A DNA stretch of 35,363 nucleotides from Circinaria calcarea (Eukaryota): assembly GCA_051942165.1 (NCBI GenBank), contig JAVECS010000033.1:1-35363 (forward strand). Reading direction: 5' to 3'. Made by a program: the position numbers and the translations under genes. Positions 35,294 to 35,363 of the stretch are shown here, piece after piece. The notes under the pieces were generated by a model. It did no database searches. It saw nothing but the letters and a program-made list of their open reading frames with translations, and was not told the DNA's origin. Positions within the stretch are counted from its first letter, which is position 1. Each line of letters opens with the position of its first letter.

Positions 35294-35363
35294 CCTCCGT
35301 GCAGATCCTTCTTCCCCGCTCCATTCTGCCCTGCATTCCTTTCCTCCCAGCTCCCCCTTTTGC

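Noticed and set aside
34998..35336. ORFs with MFW or DVL repeats
   Set aside because: Translation artefacts of the 9-bp tandem repeat.

Overview
Eukaryotic DNA from a filamentous ascomycete: short GT-AG introns with CTRAC/CTAAC branch sites and typical Pezizomycotina gene families. The left end holds two intact housekeeping-type genes, a 5'-truncated SUR2/BasA sphinganine hydroxylase and an intronless Ser/Thr kinase. From about 5.6 to 34.5 kb lies an accessory region that is mostly decaying. Disrupted or remnant genes there are a Zn-ADH/quinone reductase, a StcS-like P450, two CYP52-clan P450s, a DMATS prenyltransferase, a Baeyer-Villiger monooxygenase, a GNAT acetyltransferase fragment and one Pth11-like gene with a homopolymer frameshift. 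Apparently intact genes are a CYP58-like P450, one Pth11-like membrane protein, a spliced 147-aa orphan that the ORF track misses, and a dynamin. A Pth11-like plus CYP52-like gene pair occurs twice in mirror-image orientation. The most striking feature is the Mx/dynamin-family GTPase, which splices in frame into an FG-like low-complexity tail ending in a Nup98/Nup116-type GLEBS (Rae1/Gle2-binding) motif. All gene models were spliced by hand, and family calls rest on motif recognition, not database searches.
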